Origin: a virus
DNA: 53,607 nt
IMG/VR virus record: IMGVR_UViG_3300022748_000006
Reading direction: 5' to 3' (one strand)
Shown here: in pieces, positions 50,091-53,607 of the stretch
Position numbering within the stretch: position 1 is the stretch's first letter
Layout: the number at the start of each line of letters is the position of its first letter
The notes under the pieces: model-generated
What the model was told of the DNA's origin: nothing
The model's input: the letters and a program-made list of their open reading frames with translations, nothing else
The model's database searches: none
Program-made: the position numbers and the translations under genes

Positions 50091-50297
50091 ATGCGCGTCA
50101 CCCACCTCAATAAAGGCCCATCCGGCATGGCTGCAAAAACAGCATGCGGTCGTAGCCTCATTCGCACACCGTTTTCGGTCAACTGGAATGAGTTCAAGAC
50201 TGAGCCATCGCAATACCGCTGCATCAAGTGCTGCGCAAGCAAGCAGTTTGAAGTCAACACCAAAATGGACGCACGCAAGGCAATGGTGGAAGCATGA
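50091..50297 (+). CDS. Hypothetical protein
   Basis: 68-aa ORF, first gene after P3. Confidence 0.65.
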   Translation: MRVTHLNKGPSGMAAKTACGRSLIRTPFSVNWNEFKTEPSQYRCIKCCASKQFEVNTKMDARKAMVEA

Positions 50298-50641
50298 AAA
50301 TCAAAACATCTGAACTGACAGGAGCCGCACTTGATTGGGCGGTGGCGAAAGCCAATGGCGAAGAGGATATTTTCTGGGTCGATTGGGCCAAGGAAGCCGG
50401 GGCCTGCTACTCACCTTCAGGGTTCTGGGCACAAGGCGGGCCGATCATTGAGCGGGAAGAAATCAGCACAAATCGGGAATTTGCATCGAGTCGTGTTGAG
50501 TGGGCCGCATGGACGCCTGCTCCGATCCGCGACGAGGCCGAGGCTTTTGGTTACGGCTCAACACCCCTAATCGCAGCCATGCGATGCTACGTTGAGTCTA
50601 AGCTGGGCGAAGAGATAGAAATCCCGGAGGAACTGCTGTGA
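50294..50641 (+). CDS. DUF2591-type phage protein
   Basis: LTGAALDWAVAKANG .. GGPIIERE .. STPLIAAMRCYVESKLG matches the DUF2591 pattern. Confidence 0.7.
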   Translation: MKIKTSELTGAALDWAVAKANGEEDIFWVDWAKEAGACYSPSGFWAQGGPIIEREEISTNREFASSRVEWAAWTPAPIRDEAEAFGYGSTPLIAAMRCYVESKLGEEIEIPEELL

Positions 50642-50766
50642 CCGGGTACACCAAGATCATTAAAGCTGAGTTCTACCTGTCGGGGGGGCTCAGCAACCCT
50701 CGGCTGGCCAGAACCACCCGCCCCGGCACAGGGGTGTTCATCTACTGGAGGAGGGACAAGGCATGA
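50638..50766 (+). CDS. Small hypothetical protein (42 aa, GTG start)
   Basis: Not in the track. GTGA overlap, with GGAGG 7 nt upstream. Confidence 0.35.
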   Translation: MTGYTKIIKAEFYLSGGLSNPRLARTTRPGTGVFIYWRRDKA

Positions 50767-50870
50767 ACTGGCCCTTCCCACCACCCGGAGGCCCAGTCCC
50801 ATGGACTCCAGCCCAAGAACGCGCCTATCAGCAAAAACGTCTCAGCGAAGCACCGGAGTCACCACTATGA
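50763..50870 (+). CDS. Small Pro-rich hypothetical protein (35 aa)
   Basis: Not in the track. ATGA-coupled at both ends, with GGAGGAGG upstream. Confidence 0.35.
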   Translation: MNWPFPPPGGPVPWTPAQERAYQQKRLSEAPESPL

Positions 50871-51070
50871 ACGCACCAGCATTTACCGTCCACTGGACAA
50901 GCCCAATGAGCGGCAACCGTCTCAGCAGCGCCTGCGCCACCAAAAAGGCTGGCATGGCTGAGTGCAAAGCCCTCTACATGGAAGGCGCACGGAACATCAG
51001 CCTGTCAGAGTACAAAAAAGGCATCGGAGCACGCGACATTGACTGGCGTGTGGCTCTTCGAAATCGTTAA
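50867..51070 (+). CDS. Hypothetical protein (67 aa)
   Basis: ORF track 50801..51070 trimmed to the ATGA-coupled MNAPAFTVHW. Confidence 0.55.
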   Translation: MNAPAFTVHWTSPMSGNRLSSACATKKAGMAECKALYMEGARNISLSEYKKGIGARDIDWRVALRNR

Positions 51071-51086
51071 CCAACCGGAGAATCCT

Positions 51087-51356
51087 ATGGCAACCGCCAA
51101 AAAAGCGCCAGCAAAGGCCGTAAAAGCATCAACCAAGGCCAAGGCACCAACCCCCACCAAAAAGGCCTCCACGGCCCCAAAAAAGCAGGAGGAAACCTTC
51201 GCCATGCCCACAGAGGTCAAAGAGTGGATTGATCAGGCCATGAGCCGCATGAAGAACATGCAGAGCAAGATCGACCGACTGGAGACCGAGAACAAGGAAC
51301 TCAAGTCGTGGCGCAAATGGGCCGAGCACCGCATTCTGGGGAGCAGCCACGAATGA
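51087..51356 (+). CDS. Lys/Ala/Pro-rich (histone H1-like N-terminus) coiled-coil protein
   Basis: ORF track 51039..51356 trimmed to MATAKKAPAKAVKAS after GGAGAA. Confidence 0.6.
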   Translation: MATAKKAPAKAVKASTKAKAPTPTKKASTAPKKQEETFAMPTEVKEWIDQAMSRMKNMQSKIDRLETENKELKSWRKWAEHRILGSSHE

Positions 51357-51559
51357 CTCCAATACCAACCCTGCACCTGAGGTTCGTCGAGCGCCAAGAA
51401 TTTGACCCTGAGAACAGCACGCACGAATACGCCGCCCACCGCACTGTGCGCGTGCTGCAGCAATTCTGGGAAGATCCAAGTGGTGGAGATGCGGTCGGCG
51501 ATATGTTCAAAATGGTGATTGGCCTCTGGCGAGACATCCCACTGGAGAGAAATGAATGA
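51353..51559 (+). CDS. Hypothetical protein (68 aa)
   Basis: ORF track 51308..51559 trimmed to the ATGA-coupled MTPIPTLHL. Confidence 0.55.
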   Translation: MTPIPTLHLRFVERQEFDPENSTHEYAAHRTVRVLQQFWEDPSGGDAVGDMFKMVIGLWRDIPLERNE

Positions 51560-51759
51560 CTGAACGCAAGATCGAGATGTACCACGTCAGCAAGACCTAC
51601 CTTGAAGGCTGGTTCACGCTGCAAGACCTGAAGCGGATCTTGGAGGCCGCCCAAAGAATCGAAGACGTGAACCAAAGGCTGGCCATCGAAGTTCATGTGA
51701 CCATGGACGAGACAATCCCAGTGCCGGAGGTCGGATGGCTGACACTGCCCAGCGCGTGA
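51556..51759 (+). CDS. Hypothetical protein
   Basis: 67-aa ORF, ATGA-coupled. Confidence 0.6.
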   Translation: MTERKIEMYHVSKTYLEGWFTLQDLKRILEAAQRIEDVNQRLAIEVHVTMDETIPVPEVGWLTLPSA

Positions 51760-51983
51760 GGTTCCGAATCCTCGCCGGAAACTACGATCAGGCCAAAGCA
51801 CTGGCCAACAAGGTAGGGATTCACCCATTGATGTGGGTGCCAGTCATCGACCCTTCCGCCTTGCTTGGGCTGGATGGTGGAGTCCTGATCGTCACCGGAA
51901 CATGGCGCGACCGAAAGGACGGGCACGAGTGCCTGCAACTGGCCAAGCAGCGCCGCATGAGAATCCTGCACGACGAAGGCTGA
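51735..51983 (+). CDS. Hypothetical protein
   Basis: 82-aa ORF, with GGAGG 5 nt upstream. Confidence 0.6.
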   Translation: MADTAQRVRFRILAGNYDQAKALANKVGIHPLMWVPVIDPSALLGLDGGVLIVTGTWRDRKDGHECLQLAKQRRMRILHDEG

Positions 51984-52073
51984 TCCGCGCACCAAAAACC
52001 CCGGCATGACGGAAACACAACTCCGAGTTACACTTCAATCCAATGCGCTGAAATATCGCGTGGAAGGAAGACC

Positions 52074-52613
52074 GTGACAGACAAGACAGACAAACCCACA
52101 AAGCAGGCCGCGCCCAAAAACAAGGGTGGCAGACAGTCCACATACGACCCAGACATCGCAAAGCAGATGTGTGAGCAACTCAGTGAGGGAATACCACTGA
52201 GGGAAATATGCAGACAGGATGGGTTCCCAGCGTGGCGGACGGTGTACGACTGGATGAAGAAAGATCCCGACCTTGCCACAGCCATCGCGTATGCGCGTGA
52301 CGTGGGATACGACGCCATGGCCGAGGATTGCTTGGTGATCGCCGACACCCCGATGATGGGGGAAGAGGTGAGCGAGAGCGAGGATGACGAGGGCGTCAAG
52401 CGTGTGACCATCAAGAAGGTGGACATGCTGGGGCACCGCAAGCTGCAGATCGAGACCCGCCTGAAGCTGCTGGCCAAGTTCAACCCCAAGCGTTACGGTG
52501 ACAAGCTGGTGCATGCCGGTGACGACGTCAACCCGGTGGTGGTGGAGAACAACCACAATGTCTTTGGGGAACTCCTCAAGAACCTGAAGATGCAGCGCCA
52601 AGCCGAGCAATGA
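52074..52613 (+). CDS. terS: Terminase small subunit
   Basis: 179 aa with a GTG start after GGAAGGAAG. GGRQSTYDPDIAKQMCEQLSEGIPLREICRQDGFPAWRTVYDWM is a typical HTH N-terminus of this terS class. ATGA-coupled to terL. Confidence 0.8.
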   Translation: MTDKTDKPTKQAAPKNKGGRQSTYDPDIAKQMCEQLSEGIPLREICRQDGFPAWRTVYDWMKKDPDLATAIAYARDVGYDAMAEDCLVIADTPMMGEEVSESEDDEGVKRVTIKKVDMLGHRKLQIETRLKLLAKFNPKRYGDKLVHAGDDVNPVVVENNHNVFGELLKNLKMQRQAEQ

Positions 52614-53607
52614 GTCTTGCCCTCGAAATCCTCGAAGACGAGAAAACTCAGCAGGAGTACAGCGCACTGTCGCCGTACCAGCAGGCGGCATTTAACTGGC
52701 AGTTCAAGTGGCTCAATGAGCAAGCCCTGAAGCACCAGATCGAGCCTGCAGGGGACTGGTGGAACATCTGGCTCATGCTGGCTGGCCGTGGAGCCGGAAA
52801 GACCCGGGCGGCTGCTGAGACGCTGGCTTCATGGGCATGGGAGACGCCAAACACTCGCTGGCTGGTGTCGGCTCCAACGTCCGGCGACTTGAAGAGCACT
52901 TGCTTTGAGGGCGAATCCGGCCTGCTGAAGGTGATCCCCACCATTTTGGTGGCCAAGTACAACTCCAGCCTGCACGAGATCACGCTGGTGAACGGCAGCC
53001 TGATCAAGGGAATCCCGGCGTCCGAGCCTGAGCGCTTTCGGGGGCCGCAGTTCCATGGGGGCTGGCTGGACGAGTTGGCCGCATGGGAGTACCTGCGCGA
53101 GGCGTGGGACATGATCATGTTCGGCATCCGTCTTGGCACCCGCACCAAGCTGATCGCGTCCACCACGCCAAAGCCCAAGGAGGTGGTGATGGAGTTGATC
53201 GACCGTGAGGGCGACGACGTGGTGATCACCCGCGCCAGCACGTACAGCAACATCAAGAACCTTGCGCCATCCTTCCAGAAGCAGATCCTGCAGTACGAGG
53301 GCACCAACCTCGGGCGGCAGGAGATTCACGCCGAGATCATCGACCCCGAAGAGGGTGGCATCGTCAAGCGTGACTGGTTCCGCCTCTGGCCAAACCATAA
53401 GCCCTTCCCTCGCTTCGAGTACATCATTCAGTCCTACGACTGCGGCTATAAGGACGGCGCAGCCAACGACCCGACGGGCTGCATCACTCTGGGTGCATTC
53501 AAGCCAGAGGACGGCGGCATGTGCGTCATGGTCATCGACTGCTGGCAGGAGAAGCTGCAGTACCCCGACCTGCGCCCCAAAATCATCGACGAGTACGAGA
53601 CTGTGTA
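52610..53607 (+). CDS. terL: Terminase large subunit, N-terminal (ATPase) part; open to the window end and continues at 128..569
   Basis: ATG 52610 overlaps the terS stop. Walker A GRGAGKT lies at 52784..52804. No stop before the window end. Absent from the track only because it lacks an in-window stop. Confidence 0.9.
   Translation, partial: MSLALEILEDEKTQQEYSALSPYQQAAFNWQFKWLNEQALKHQIEPAGDWWNIWLMLAGRGAGKTRAAAETLASWAWETPNTRWLVSAPTSGDLKSTCFEGESGLLKVIPTILVAKYNSSLHEITLVNGSLIKGIPASEPERFRGPQFHGGWLDELAAWEYLREAWDMIMFGIRLGTRTKLIASTTPKPKEVVMELIDREGDDVVITRASTYSNIKNLAPSFQKQILQYEGTNLGRQEIHAEIIDPEEGGIVKRDWFRLWPNHKPFPRFEYIIQSYDCGYKDGAANDPTGCITLGAFKPEDGGMCVMVIDCWQEKLQYPDLRPKIIDEYETV
53481..53607. repeat. 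Terminal direct repeat, copy 2 (identical to 1..127)
   Basis: See copy 1. Confidence 0.95.

Overview
The window is a complete, circularly closed genome of a tailed dsDNA phage. The first and last 127 nt are identical, which leaves 53,480 bp of unique sequence. The architecture is podovirus-like, and the host is Gram-negative (Rz with embedded Rz1, plus lipobox lipoproteins). I count about 95 tightly packed protein genes, many joined by ATGA or TGATG start-stop overlaps.

Gene order round the circle:
- terS and terL (terL crosses the window junction).
- A 1003-aa HExxH-containing virion protein, then portal, a GroES-like protein, scaffold, a decoration-like protein and the major capsid protein.
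- A His/Lys-rich repeat protein and other virion proteins, interrupted by one AT-rich HNH homing-endonuclease insert.
- A T7 gp11-like adaptor and two tail fibres.
- A lysis cassette: holin candidates, an extra lipoprotein, Rz/Rz1 and a GH19 endolysin.
- A nozzle-like protein and four large internal/ejection-type proteins.
- A convergent leftward early operon: SSB with a DDSDIPF tail, a PD-(D/E)XK exonuclease, an SPFH/prohibitin protein and a DUF2829/Tad2-like protein.
- A Cro-like HTH, an orphan ParB-like protein, an SF2 helicase and a Toprim primase.
- A 1.2-kb ORF-free, highly structured region.
- Three blocks of small genes (RuvC, a second HNH, DUF2591 and others).

I found no integrase, CI-type repressor, DNA polymerase, tRNA or CRISPR array.

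The main non-coding signals are:
1. Ten dispersed copies of the 17-bp palindrome GTGGAGTCSGACTCCAC, inside and outside genes. Two of them lie inside the ParB-like gene.
2. The ORF-free region. It holds a consensus sigma70 promoter, a terminated cloverleaf-like RNA of about 127 nt, nested 16-18-bp long-range helices and G7/G8 tracts.
3. A four-copy promoter/operator/leader module: a TCTAA-N7-TTAGA dyad over an extended -10, followed by a covarying 5' hairpin.

All family names are motif-level recognition by eye. No database search was run.
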